From Promethearchaeota archaeon (GTDB lineage: Archaea; Asgardarchaeota; Lokiarchaeia; Sigyniarchaeales; SOKP01): a stretch of 64,000 bases of DNA. The stretch is from the NCBI GenBank assembly GCA_048937405.1, contig JBHLNF010000001.1:288001-352000 (forward strand), written 5' to 3'. Below, piece by piece: positions 1 to 10,451 of the stretch. Position numbers and translations under genes: made by a program. Below the pieces are notes generated by a model that was not told the DNA's origin, made no database searches, and worked only from the letters and a program-made list of their open reading frames with translations. Position 1 is the first letter of the stretch, and every line of letters starts with the position of its first letter.

Positions 1-2
1 TT

Positions 3-635
3 TCAATCTCAAACTTTTTTTTGTTATTTTTAAACACTCATAATAAGTCACCAGGAGCTTTAGATAATGCAACTGGAATGGCAGTGGTTTTTGAATTAAG
101 TGATTATTTCAAAGAAAAGCCGCTTGAGAACTTTAATATTTGGTTCTGTCAATTTTCTGCCGAAGAACTAGGAACCATGGGTTCAAGAGTATTTATTAAC
201 AATCATGAAAGTGAATTTATTAAAAATAGAGCATTTCAAATTAATTTAGATATGATATCATGTATGAATGAATCAAATAATCAAGTAGAGTATCTAAAAT
301 CTTATGGTGTATTACCTCGGAAAAAAATCGCCCCTTTATTAAGTAAATATTTAGATAACGCGGCTAAAGAAGAAAATATAAGAATAAAAGGATTTCATTT
401 ATCCACAGGAGCTCATACTGATTCTGTTCCGTTTCATTTAAGAGGACTAGATTCTGTTGATATTATCACAAGAGCAGGAGGTAAATATACTCATAACAGA
501 GCTGATACACCTGATAAAGTTGATCCAAAAGTATTAAGGGAAGCCTGTGTGATAGTTAAAAAAGTAATTCTCTCATTAGATAGAGATTATAATATTTTAT
601 GTGAAAATAAAGAGTTGAATTGCATTCTAGATTAA
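3..635 (+). CDS. M28 family metallopeptidase, 5'-truncated by the window edge
   Basis: GALDNATG, FSAEELG, NLDM and TDS/H motifs; frame is open upstream of the TTG at 21 to the window start. Confidence 0.85.
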   Translation, partial: SISNFFLLFLNTHNKSPGALDNATGMAVVFELSDYFKEKPLENFNIWFCQFSAEELGTMGSRVFINNHESEFIKNRAFQINLDMISCMNESNNQVEYLKSYGVLPRKKIAPLLSKYLDNAAKEENIRIKGFHLSTGAHTDSVPFHLRGLDSVDIITRAGGKYTHNRADTPDKVDPKVLREACVIVKKVILSLDRDYNILCENKELNCILD

Positions 636-667
636 TCAATTATTTAAATAAAAGCTGCAATACCTTA

Positions 668-1204
668 CTACATTAAGCTTTCAATTTCTTTTTGAATTTT
701 TTCGATTCTTTTTTTTGATTTTATTAGGATCTCACTTTTACCATATTTTTGAAACCAACGATTAAACCTTTCTTGAATTGATACTTCTCTAGTTCCCGCC
801 ATATGCTTATCAGCTAAGCATATTATTTTTTCTTCTAAAGTTAAAGGTAAATAATCTTTAATTGGTAATCCCAAATTTTTGGCATCTTCTTTGTCTAATC
901 CACCTAAAATATGAGTCTCACAAATTCTTGCAAGGTTTTCAGAAAAACCCCTTTGTCTGATTATTTTACCTCCTATTACAGCATGTTTAAAACCATGGGT
1001 TTTTGTCCTCCCAATATCATGTAATAAGGCACCAATCTCTACTAAATTCATATCTACTTGAGCTTTTTTTATTTTACTTGCAATTTGCAATGCTTTATCG
1101 GCAACTTTTTCTGAATGACGTCTAACGGAAAGTGAAATCTTTAAATTCTTTAAAAATTCTAATACAAATTCCCTATCGGGTAATATCTCTTCTTTTTTGA
1201 CCAT
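668..1204 (-). CDS. HD-domain metal-dependent phosphohydrolase (HDIG type)
   Basis: RRHS...LLHDIG...HA...TH...LADK motifs. Confidence 0.85.
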   Translation of the reverse strand: MVKKEEILPDREFVLEFLKNLKISLSVRRHSEKVADKALQIASKIKKAQVDMNLVEIGALLHDIGRTKTHGFKHAVIGGKIIRQRGFSENLARICETHILGGLDKEDAKNLGLPIKDYLPLTLEEKIICLADKHMAGTREVSIQERFNRWFQKYGKSEILIKSKKRIEKIQKEIESLM

Positions 1205-1374
1205 TAGTTTTTATAATTAACCAATAATCTTTAAGTTTTAGTTATCGTATAATTCAGTAAATTACTGTTTTAACAAAAAAATTTATTCTTCTTATAATAT
1301 GAATACTAACTAGTTTTGAGAGGAAAGAATAAGAATAGAGTAAAATTATAATTATAACAGTTATTCAGCTTGCA

Positions 1375-1860
1375 TTATAATTCTTCAAATGGACCACTGA
1401 CAACACCTCCTAAGGATCCTCCTATTAATACTCCAATAAATCCACTGAATATTCCACCTAATGTTGCTGATAATTGAGGTCCTTGGAATAGAGACATTAA
1501 ATCTACTTCAGAAAAAATACTTAAGATAATCCAAAATAACAAAACTAAAACAACAACTAAAGAACTTGCTATTACACCTCGTTTTAGACCTTTTGCAATT
1601 GTACCAACAATATAACCTATGAAAATCCATGCCAATAATTCTGGAGCGAAAAACCCTAAAGGTGTTGGATTACTAGTAAAAAATGATATCATATCAAAAT
1701 TAAAATTTGCCCCAATTAATAACGATACAGTTCTTAAAGGTTCATCTCCAGCATATAAATGAATTTGATCTAAAATAACCCTCATGTTAAAGAAAAAAAC
1801 CGTAAAAAAACTAAGTATAATACCAGTAATGATTCCAATAATTAATCGATATGATGTCAT
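1375..1860 (-). CDS. Small multi-pass membrane protein
   Basis: About 4 hydrophobic Gly-rich segments; no family recognised. Confidence 0.7.
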   Translation of the reverse strand: MTSYRLIIGIITGIILSFFTVFFFNMRVILDQIHLYAGDEPLRTVSLLIGANFNFDMISFFTSNPTPLGFFAPELLAWIFIGYIVGTIAKGLKRGVIASSLVVVLVLLFWIILSIFSEVDLMSLFQGPQLSATLGGIFSGFIGVLIGGSLGGVVSGPFEEL

Positions 1861-2084
1861 GATTCAAACTAAAGCACAATTTAATTATTATATTATAAAT
1901 ATATTCTATAAGTTATATTAGTAATTATAATTTATTTTCGATATTTAAAACTTTAATACTTGTGGTTTTAGAAAAAGCTACTTAATAAAATATTAAAGTT
2001 ATTATGTATTCAATTAAATAGTAACTAATTTGATAGACGCATAATTATTTAAATCTAGTTTTTATTAGAAAAAAGGCTACTATT

Positions 2085-2894
2085 TTGGCTCGTAAGAAAA
2101 AAAAAACTGAAGAATCCGAAACTAAGAAAGATTTGAATGATGAAGAGGATTTTCCCGAGGATTTTGAAATAGATTTTGAAGAAGACTTGGATTTAGAGGA
2201 AGAACTTGATTTATTAGATACTGAAGATATTGGGGCAGGAATTGAAGTTAAAGAGGAATTAATAGATAAAGATGAAGAAAAAAAACAACTTTACTTAAGT
2301 TGTGGTATACATATCGGAACAAAATTATTAACAGGAGACGCTCGAAGATTTATTTATAGACAGACCAATTATGGCTTATATGTAATAGATTTAACACAAA
2401 CAGACGAACGTCTTCAAATTGCCGCAAAATTCCTAAGTAAATATGTTGAAGAAGGCAGTGATAGAGTACTGGTTACTTCTGTTCGACGATATGGAAAAGA
2501 ACCAGTTAGAAAATTCTGTCAAGTATTAGGTTGCCGAGCAGTAACCTCTAGATTTATTCCAGGATCCCTTACAAATCCTATTATTGAAACATATATTAAA
2601 GATGCGAGTGTTGTGGTAATTGTGGATCCTCATGCAGATAAGGTAGTTTTACGTGAAGCTAAATTAGCTCGTATACCTGTTGTTTCTCTGTTCGACACTG
2701 ATGATACTCTAGAGGGTATAGATCTCGCAATTCCTGCAAATAATCGTGGTAAAAAAGCATTAGGCTTAACATTTTGGCTTTTAGCGAGACAAATAATGTT
2801 AGAATTAGGAAAGATCTCAAGTGAAGATGAGTTCCCTTATACTTTAGAAGAATTTACCTCAAAAATAGTTCCTATGTATCGACAGGAACAATAA
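2085..2894 (+). CDS. rps2: 30S ribosomal protein uS2 with acidic N-terminal extension
   Basis: GIHIGTK, RFIPGSLTNP, DP...EA...IP and IPANNRG motifs of archaeal/eukaryotic uS2. Confidence 0.95.
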   Translation: MARKKKKTEESETKKDLNDEEDFPEDFEIDFEEDLDLEEELDLLDTEDIGAGIEVKEELIDKDEEKKQLYLSCGIHIGTKLLTGDARRFIYRQTNYGLYVIDLTQTDERLQIAAKFLSKYVEEGSDRVLVTSVRRYGKEPVRKFCQVLGCRAVTSRFIPGSLTNPIIETYIKDASVVVIVDPHADKVVLREAKLARIPVVSLFDTDDTLEGIDLAIPANNRGKKALGLTFWLLARQIMLELGKISSEDEFPYTLEEFTSKIVPMYRQEQ

Positions 2895-2926
2895 TAATAT
2901 TAGGCAATATTTTCAAATTATTATAA

Positions 2927-3604
2927 TTATTCTATGCGCAATAGTTTAGGAAGTTCATATAGATTGCTGAGAAATTCTTGTACTTGATATGAACTAAACA
3001 TTTTTCTAGTAGTAACTCCGGAAAGAACAGCAATAAATGAAATCTCTGCTCTGTTAGCGGCTTCAGCATCGATTGTGCTGTCTCCTATATAGATCACTTC
3101 TGAATGAAGTAAATGTAATTTTTTGGTAGCTAATAATAAACCAGAAGGATTCGGTTTAAGAGTTGAAACATCTTCACCTCCAACAATAACATCAAAATAA
3201 TCTAAAAGATTTTCTCTACTTAAAATAGCCCTCATTCTATATCGAAATTTCGTGGATACAATACCTAACTTAAAATCATTATTGTATAATATTTTAATTA
3301 CATTAGGTGTCTCAGAATAGAGAACAGTCAAGTCTGCCATAACCTCATCTGCTTTTTTGATAAATAAAGACTTAAATTTTTCTTTTTTATTTAAAGATTG
3401 AATTCCTACTAATTGTGTAAATGTATGTTCAAGTGTTAGCCCAATTGTCTTACTAATCTCATCATCTGGAATGGATTTAAAACCAAGCTCGTTTAATGCG
3501 TAATTAACGCACTTTACAACACCTTTGGACGAATCTGCTAATGTAAAATCAAAATCAAAAATCACTCCTCTTATTGCTTTTAATTCACTTTTATTCGATA
3601 ACAT
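2927..3604 (-). CDS. HAD-superfamily hydrolase (phosphoglycolate phosphatase-like)
   Basis: FDFDFTL motif I, KPNP, YIGDS..D. Confidence 0.9.
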   Translation of the reverse strand: MLSNKSELKAIRGVIFDFDFTLADSSKGVVKCVNYALNELGFKSIPDDEISKTIGLTLEHTFTQLVGIQSLNKKEKFKSLFIKKADEVMADLTVLYSETPNVIKILYNNDFKLGIVSTKFRYRMRAILSRENLLDYFDVIVGGEDVSTLKPNPSGLLLATKKLHLLHSEVIYIGDSTIDAEAANRAEISFIAVLSGVTTRKMFSSYQVQEFLSNLYELPKLLRIE

Positions 3605-3651
3605 GATTGTTGAGTAAAATTGTTATTATATGTCTACAAAAATTAAGATTT

Positions 3652-4206
3652 TCATGAACATATATCCTTTCCTAATTGAAACACCTTTTCCATTACTTCT
3701 TTCTTTTTTGAAACTTCCCCCCTTTTAGTTACTCCAGGAACAATTAATTTTTCAATTAATACTATTTCTAAGTATTGAAAACTTTTCTCAAATAAAGAAA
3801 TCAGAGGAGTAGCAGTATCTAAATTTTCTTCTTCAAACGGTACTACTAAAATTGCTTTTTTTCCCTTGATTTTTTCTCGATTTTCAGGACAATTAAAAAA
3901 AACAAATCTATCTAAGAATAATTTCATTAAAGCTGTTGGGCCATACCAATATACAGGAGTCCCAAAAATAATAATATCACTTTCAATTATTTTTTGATAA
4001 ATATCTATCATGTCATCATTCTTATTACATTGGTTCCCTTCCCAACATACATGACATCCATCGCATTCTTTTATATTTAATTTATTTAGAAAGATCATAT
4101 CCACTTTTGCATTCAGTTCCTTTGCACCATCGAGAATTTTTGAAACCAAAACATGAGTATTTCCATTAATACGTGGACTTCCCACAATACCTAAAATCTG
4201 ATTCAT
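3652..4206 (-). CDS. Iron-sulfur flavoprotein / flavodoxin family
   Basis: GSPR.NGNT, CDGCHVC-x5-C, TPVYW. Confidence 0.9.
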   Translation of the reverse strand: MNQILGIVGSPRINGNTHVLVSKILDGAKELNAKVDMIFLNKLNIKECDGCHVCWEGNQCNKNDDMIDIYQKIIESDIIIFGTPVYWYGPTALMKLFLDRFVFFNCPENREKIKGKKAILVVPFEEENLDTATPLISLFEKSFQYLEIVLIEKLIVPGVTKRGEVSKKKEVMEKVFQLGKDICS

Positions 4207-4312
4207 TTTTTACTTCCTTAAATGACAATTGAATATTTTAATAATTAAAAATTATTAACTAAAGAAGTTTATTAAAACAAATGAAATAAATGGAAAAATA
4301 TTCTAATAGGTT

Positions 4313-5587
4313 GTGGTTAATTTGGAATTAAATATTTTATTAATAAATCCGAACAGAATGAAAAATCCCCCTGTAATTCCAATTGGTTTAGAACATCTAG
4401 CAACCGCCTTAGAAAACCAAGAATACAGCGTTGATATACTTGATCTATGTTTTGTATCTTCTCCAATAGAAGAACTGGTAAAAATAATCGAAAACAAAAA
4501 ATATGATCTTATTGGTTTTACTATTCGAAATATTGATTCATGTATTTTTTTTAATAATGAATTTTATATATATGAATTCAAAAAATTGATTGGATTTATA
4601 AAAAAATATGAAATTCCCGTTGTTTTAGGAGGTTCAGGATTTTCAGCATTACCTAATGAAGTTATGGAATATTTACAAGCAGATTATGGAATAATTGGCC
4701 CTGGAGAAAAAATATTTCCTATATTCTTAAAACTATGGCAAAATAAACAATTATCTACTACTATTTTTGATGGCTGGGATCATGGAATAGATGAAAATTT
4801 GATTCCTTTAAGAGGAAATAAAGTAAATTATCAACAATACTTAGAAAATAATGGAATTGTGGGATTCACTACACATAGTGGTTGTAAAAGTCTTTGTCCT
4901 TATTGTATTGAAGCGAATACAAAAGTCACTTTTAGAAAAATACCTTATATAATAGAAGAACTTGAAACGCTAGTGAATCAAGGCTATACGCATTTTCACT
5001 TATGTGATAGTGAATTCAATGAAGATCTTGATTATTCTATAGATTTTTGTGAAGAATTGGTAAATAAATCGTTACCACTCAAATGGACCTTATATATGAA
5101 ACCCTATCCCTATAATGAGGAGTTATTTCAATTATTACATGAGTCTAATGCTTATTTAATAACACTTTCCGTTGATAGCGATAAAAAAATTCAAAATCTC
5201 AATAAATATACTTATAATGATTTGGCAAAAATAATTGATTATTGTAATAAGTATAAAATTGAATTAGCAATTGATTTGTTGACAGGATATCCCTATGAAT
5301 CCAAAGAATCTACAAGAGAAATGTTAGACTTTTTTAAAAAAAACCGTCCTAAAACAGTTGGAACTAGCTTTTATTACCGTCTACAGAATAATACCGTCTT
5401 AGCTAATTTAATCAGGAATGATCCTGAATTGCAAAATTATCTAACTAAACCTTATTCAGATGAGGAAAATTTTTTGGAACCCATTTTTTTTAGCCAATAT
5501 CATTTGAAGGATATGGAGGAACTTATTGCAGGGGATGAACTTTTCAGGATCTCTGGAATTGTTCCTGGAGTGAATTATCAATTATGA
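4313..5587 (+). CDS. B12-binding-domain radical SAM protein
   Basis: N-terminal PPVIPIGL/LGGSG domain plus CKSLCPYC (CxxxCxxC). Confidence 0.85.
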   Translation: MVNLELNILLINPNRMKNPPVIPIGLEHLATALENQEYSVDILDLCFVSSPIEELVKIIENKKYDLIGFTIRNIDSCIFFNNEFYIYEFKKLIGFIKKYEIPVVLGGSGFSALPNEVMEYLQADYGIIGPGEKIFPIFLKLWQNKQLSTTIFDGWDHGIDENLIPLRGNKVNYQQYLENNGIVGFTTHSGCKSLCPYCIEANTKVTFRKIPYIIEELETLVNQGYTHFHLCDSEFNEDLDYSIDFCEELVNKSLPLKWTLYMKPYPYNEELFQLLHESNAYLITLSVDSDKKIQNLNKYTYNDLAKIIDYCNKYKIELAIDLLTGYPYESKESTREMLDFFKKNRPKTVGTSFYYRLQNNTVLANLIRNDPELQNYLTKPYSDEENFLEPIFFSQYHLKDMEELIAGDELFRISGIVPGVNYQL

Positions 5588-5718
5588 GATTATCATTAGA
5601 TTAGATTTTTTTCAATCATAATTATCATAAACATAATAATCTGCTTTTTAATAATCTAATAATAAGCAATTTTTTAAAAAAAGAACCTCTCTTATTTCTT
5701 CAAATTAATCATATAAAA

Positions 5719-6186
5719 GTGAATGTTAAAATGTCTTTAGATAAAAAAAATCTCTTAATTTCTGTGCTAGCATTTATTATTTTTATAGTAAATTTTGTTT
5801 TTTCTATGCTTTTAACAATAGCTCTATTTGATGGAACTGCGGATGCAAGTACATTACAATTGCTCATTTCTGTATTAGATTCTATTGGTTTTACTCCAAT
5901 ACGCATAATTTGCTTCATAATATCACCAACAATAATATTGATACTAGTATTCGTACCTCAAATTGATCAAGAGTTACGTCTATCTATAATGAAGCTAATA
6001 TCCCTAATTTCATTTATCATCTCAACTTTTTTCATATTGATTCTAAGTTTCCTAACTTCTACTACGCCTTTTTCAAACGAAAATACAATAGTCCAAACAC
6101 TATTAATCAATATCACTGTAATTTCTTTGATCTCTGTGTTATTACTTCTTATGATCATTATCTTAACAACAATAAAAAGATCCTAA
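5719..6186 (+). CDS. Hypothetical membrane protein
   Basis: Four hydrophobic segments; start could be the ATG at 5731. Confidence 0.6.
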   Translation: MNVKMSLDKKNLLISVLAFIIFIVNFVFSMLLTIALFDGTADASTLQLLISVLDSIGFTPIRIICFIISPTIILILVFVPQIDQELRLSIMKLISLISFIISTFFILILSFLTSTTPFSNENTIVQTLLINITVISLISVLLLLMIIILTTIKRS

Positions 6187-6449
6187 TCATACCTTTTTAA
6201 AAATCATTTTTTTTTATTATTTTTCTATTTATTCTTAGTATATCCACAAAATCTCTCTTCTCTTCTTAAGAAATAGTATATTAGTCTTTTTAATTAAATT
6301 TTATAAATTTATGATGATTTAGATAAATCCCAAGTTTCCAAAAATGCTATAAGTTCTTATTCAGTACTAAGCAGATTCAAATAAAACTTATAAACTCAAA
6401 TCTTAAATAAGTAAAACGTTCTTTTTTACGTTAAGTTACATTACTACTA

Positions 6450-6902
6450 TTATAAAAGATCAGAGGGATACGCAATAAAACCCGTTTTTATTCCTTTTTT
6501 AAATCCTGCATCTTCATAAAATTGAAAAATTGCAGGATCTTTTGAGCCTGTTAATAACATTACTTTATAACAATTATTTTTCCACGCAATCTCTAATGCA
6601 TGATGAAGAATTGAAGTTCCAAATCCCCGGTTACGGTAATCAGTGTGGGTTACCACATTTTCTATTACTCCATAAGGTCTTGCTCCTCTTGTTAAATTTG
6701 GAATGATTGAAAGTGTACACGATGATACTATTTTGTTGTTATCCTCTACTACAAAATAATGTAAGAGGGAACTTCGGTTGATTTCTTTCCAAATCGATTT
6801 TAATATTGATTGATCCGGAAGAGGAGCATCTTGACGATGTAGGTGTGTATAGAGGTTTAGTAATTCTTCCAGTTCATTTTCTTTTATAGGACGTATTAGC
6901 AT
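6450..6902 (-). CDS. GNAT family N-acetyltransferase
   Basis: IENVVTH..YRNRGFG, CYKVML, FYE.AGF. Confidence 0.9.
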   Translation of the reverse strand: MLIRPIKENELEELLNLYTHLHRQDAPLPDQSILKSIWKEINRSSLLHYFVVEDNNKIVSSCTLSIIPNLTRGARPYGVIENVVTHTDYRNRGFGTSILHHALEIAWKNNCYKVMLLTGSKDPAIFQFYEDAGFKKGIKTGFIAYPSDLL

Positions 6903-7063
6903 AATTTCTCTCCATTTTTTATATATTATTAATTTCTCTTTAAAATCCCTTTATTTTTCTTATAACAAGGAAGTCTAATCTTTTCAATTATTTATAATAA
7001 ATTTATAATCTTAATTCAATTTTCTTTATATATAGACTATTCACTAGTTTCGAGTCAGTTTTT

Positions 7064-7843
7064 ATGAAAAAAATTATCTCATTTTCTGGAAAAGGTGGTG
7101 TTGGGAAATCGACACTCCTAGTCCTAATGCTTAAATATCTTCTTGAAAAATTTAAAGATCTCAATATACTTGTCATAGATGCCGATCCCGATGCAAATAT
7201 AGGAGATATTATTGGAAAAGAAATCCATTTCAAAGAAACTATTGGGGGAAAAATGGCTGAATTTAAACAGAACATCCAAAAAAGACTAATCCCTCTCGAT
7301 GTATCAAAAGATCAAATCGTTGAATCAGAGGTATTTGATGCCCTAATTGAAATGGATCAGTTCGATATTCTAGAAATGGGACGAGGAGAAGGAGAGGGTT
7401 GCTATTGTAGTATCAATAATTATTTGAAACGCATTATTGATATATTAGCCAAAAATTATGACATGGTACTTATCGATGCTCCCGCAGGACTTGAGTTTTT
7501 TTCCCGAAAAACGGGTCAAACCGTTACCGATTTAGTTATTGTGTCCGATCCGAGTAAAATGGGCATTCATACCATGAAACGAATATTAGAAGTTACTAAA
7601 GAGGTAGAATTAAAATTCGAAAATATATGGATACTCGGAAACAGGTTTCCTGAAAATTCTCTAAGAGATATTTTAGAAAAAGAAGTTACTAATATTAAAG
7701 AAGAGGATGTAAAACTTCTAGGGTTTATCGCAAATAGTGATGAGATTAGTAAAATGAATATTATCGGAGAAAATCTTTTAGATCTTCCTAGTGAGAGTCA
7801 ATCATATCAAACGGCAAAGCAATTATTTGCAAAAATCGTTTGA
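7064..7843 (+). CDS. cooC: CooC/AcsF-like nickel-insertion ATPase
   Basis: SGKGGVGKST, IDADP, EGCYC, DAPAGLE. Confidence 0.85.
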   Translation: MKKIISFSGKGGVGKSTLLVLMLKYLLEKFKDLNILVIDADPDANIGDIIGKEIHFKETIGGKMAEFKQNIQKRLIPLDVSKDQIVESEVFDALIEMDQFDILEMGRGEGEGCYCSINNYLKRIIDILAKNYDMVLIDAPAGLEFFSRKTGQTVTDLVIVSDPSKMGIHTMKRILEVTKEVELKFENIWILGNRFPENSLRDILEKEVTNIKEEDVKLLGFIANSDEISKMNIIGENLLDLPSESQSYQTAKQLFAKIV

Positions 7844-7845
7844 AA

Positions 7846-8508
7846 TTAAAAAAAATCATTTATTTTTTTGTTACGAAAACTCTTTTCTATACCGTGTCTC
7901 ATCCCTGGTAGTTCAAAACATTTATCGGGAATCATACGCTTAAAATAACTATTATTTTCTCTTTCAGAAATAAATTGAGATTTATAAAGAGTTTCGAAGA
8001 TTTCCTCACCAGAAAATTGGATATCATTAAAATAAGGAATAATCGGTCTATAGTTACTTACTTTTTCTACAACACTTTTTAAAGGTGCATCAATCTCTTG
8101 AATTGTTCCTTTTTCATCAATCACACCAGTTTTATTAGAATATTCATTATATAAACAAATTACACATTGGGGCCATCTTTCATGAAAATAATTTAAAATT
8201 GAATCCATCACTTTATGTTTGAGTAGTACAACTCCAAATAGTACCCCACGATTATTTATTTCTGTTCGAGTAAATTGTTTAGCTCGATATGCCTCAGTAG
8301 TCACTTCTCTCATCATTCCGTTTATCTTCTTTGCGAATGGAGTGCCTGAATTGCGTAAAATGACTTCTGGTATCTTTTTAATCTGATCGATAAGATAAGG
8401 TGAGAATTTACAATGTTGAGGCAATTTATCTATTATTTCTCTATGTGAATGCCCCTTAGCACATCCAATAACTTCTAAAGGATCTCTTTTAATTTCTGAG
8501 TTTTTCAT
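7846..8508 (-). CDS. DUF4130-like partner of the DNA-modification/repair radical SAM protein
   Basis: REV..EAYRAKQFTR and YKSQFI.EREN..YFKRMIP resemble DUF4130; overlaps the radical SAM gene stop. Confidence 0.65.
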   Translation of the reverse strand: MKNSEIKRDPLEVIGCAKGHSHREIIDKLPQHCKFSPYLIDQIKKIPEVILRNSGTPFAKKINGMMREVTTEAYRAKQFTRTEINNRGVLFGVVLLKHKVMDSILNYFHERWPQCVICLYNEYSNKTGVIDEKGTIQEIDAPLKSVVEKVSNYRPIIPYFNDIQFSGEEIFETLYKSQFISERENNSYFKRMIPDKCFELPGMRHGIEKSFRNKKINDFF

Positions 8509-9842
8509 ATTATTTCCTCCTGTGGAGCACTATCTTTATTTTGATAAATAAAATTTTGTAGTGTAGTTTGATTTTTTCCATTTATTAATAGGTAAGGATT
8601 AGCTCGTTTCAATACAACGCCAACAGATTTTAGGTCTTGTCGACGTTTAAATATAAATTTTTTAGATCTCAAATTAATTATCCGCTTAGCAGAAATTGGA
8701 CCAATCCCAGGAACTCTTAGTAATTCGCTGTAAGATGCTTGGTTTGGATCCACTAATCCATGATCTTTAAAATATAGCCTTGCTAGGTGAATTTTTGGAT
8801 CTCCAATTGGTAAATTGTCATCTTCAGTTAATATTTCTTTCAAATCCTTGAGTTTATAATGATATATACGTAATAACCAATCACTTTGATATAATCGATG
8901 TTCTCTTGCTAATGGTGCTGCTTGTTTACATGCTAGAGGAGTTCCTTCTATTGGAATGAAAGAAGAAAAATAAGCTCGCCTAAGATCAATTTCTTTATAT
9001 CCCCAATCAATTCTTTTTAATAATTCATAGTCACTTTCATTTTCAGCTGCTCCAACTACGAACTGGGTTGTTTGTCCGCTATTAAGTATTGGTGCTCCAT
9101 CCCATCTAAATTTTTTATACCCATCTTTTCTTCTGTCTTTAATCATTTTTTCTTGATATTTAAACTGAGCATCCTCCTTTAAATCTTTAATAACTTTAAG
9201 TGCTTCATCATTATGCTTGATACGAATTTGCTTTAACCAGCGTTGGCGCATAATGATATCGTTCTTAAAATCTTTTTGTTCAGCGATTTCGGCAAGATGA
9301 TCTTTAGTAGATGCTTCTGAATTAATAGATATGCGATCTGAAAGACTTATTGCTTCTTTAAGAAGATATTGACTAACACCAGGTAAACACTTAAAATGTA
9401 CATAACCCTGAAAATTATATTTAAATCGAAGAAGTCTAATTGCTTCTAACATTTCTTCGGTAGTATCATCAGCACTACCACAAACTGCTGATGATATGAA
9501 TACACCCTCAACTACATTCATCGAATATAGTTTCATAAATGTACGAGCATATTCTTCTGGTGTAAAACTCATCTTCTTCCTGCAATTATGTGAGAAACAA
9601 TATTTACAATTATATATACACTTGTTGGTGTATAAAGTTTTGAAAAGACTCATACATCGACCATCTGGAGTATAACTATGGCAAATCCCCGCACTTGCAG
9701 TAGTACCTATCCATTCTTTGGAATCTCCAAAAAGTTTTGGATATTTATCTGTACGACTGGAAGCAGTACTAGCACATATGTCATATTTTGAATTTTCTCC
9801 CAAAATACGAATCTTTTCTAAGACAGAAGGCATTTTACTCAA
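8505..9842 (-). CDS. Putative DNA modification/repair radical SAM protein with C-terminal HhH
   Basis: KYDICAS, GICHSYTPDGRC, CIYNCKYC, REHRLYQSDWLLR, LLRVPGIG. Confidence 0.9.
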   Translation of the reverse strand: MSKMPSVLEKIRILGENSKYDICASTASSRTDKYPKLFGDSKEWIGTTASAGICHSYTPDGRCMSLFKTLYTNKCIYNCKYCFSHNCRKKMSFTPEEYARTFMKLYSMNVVEGVFISSAVCGSADDTTEEMLEAIRLLRFKYNFQGYVHFKCLPGVSQYLLKEAISLSDRISINSEASTKDHLAEIAEQKDFKNDIIMRQRWLKQIRIKHNDEALKVIKDLKEDAQFKYQEKMIKDRRKDGYKKFRWDGAPILNSGQTTQFVVGAAENESDYELLKRIDWGYKEIDLRRAYFSSFIPIEGTPLACKQAAPLAREHRLYQSDWLLRIYHYKLKDLKEILTEDDNLPIGDPKIHLARLYFKDHGLVDPNQASYSELLRVPGIGPISAKRIINLRSKKFIFKRRQDLKSVGVVLKRANPYLLINGKNQTTLQNFIYQNKDSAPQEEII

Positions 9843-9948
9843 TTAAAAAAAATCTTACAGTCTATGTATTTTAACTTGGGATTTAACTTATAAAAAGAAG
9901 GGGGATATTGAATTATCAAAAAAATTTATAAAAAAATAAATTTACTAT

Positions 9949-10371
9949 TTACTTTTGATTTTTTATATCTTTTAATAAATTCCTCCTTATTTTTCTAAAA
10001 TTTTCTCCTTTATCAGCAAAAGTAGGAATATCTCCATGAGGGGGTTCATAAGAATCCATTTTCATTCGAAAATATGTACGAATGATATCTACTATTGCAT
10101 CGGAATAGTCCATCCAAATTCCTCCTTCAATATTTTCATTTAAAAGATCAAGCCAGAAAGTTGGAATTGAAAAAATAATTCTAGAGGTATTTGCTACTGA
10201 TTTTATTGGAGATATAATAGTAGAAGGTCTTCCTTCTTTATCCCATTGTTTCGCGGCTGAAATTGTACCATAAGAACATTTTTCATCAATAACAATAGAA
10301 GATTGTTTCTCTCCTTTTTCAAGTCTTTCGAGAATGCGTAAATATTTTTCTTTATCAATTTTTCTTGGCAT
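9949..10371 (-). CDS. Small putative DNA-binding regulator (HTH plus RHH-like)
   Basis: N-terminal HTH-like segment and a FSIP...GIWMDYSDAIVDIIR RHH-like segment. Confidence 0.5.
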   Translation of the reverse strand: MPRKIDKEKYLRILERLEKGEKQSSIVIDEKCSYGTISAAKQWDKEGRPSTIISPIKSVANTSRIIFSIPTFWLDLLNENIEGGIWMDYSDAIVDIIRTYFRMKMDSYEPPHGDIPTFADKGENFRKIRRNLLKDIKNQK

Positions 10372-10451
10372 GGAATATCATCTACTACTATAATATCTAC
10401 TATTATATTTAAATGTATGTAGTAGAATAACAATAGTTTTTTTCATAAATG

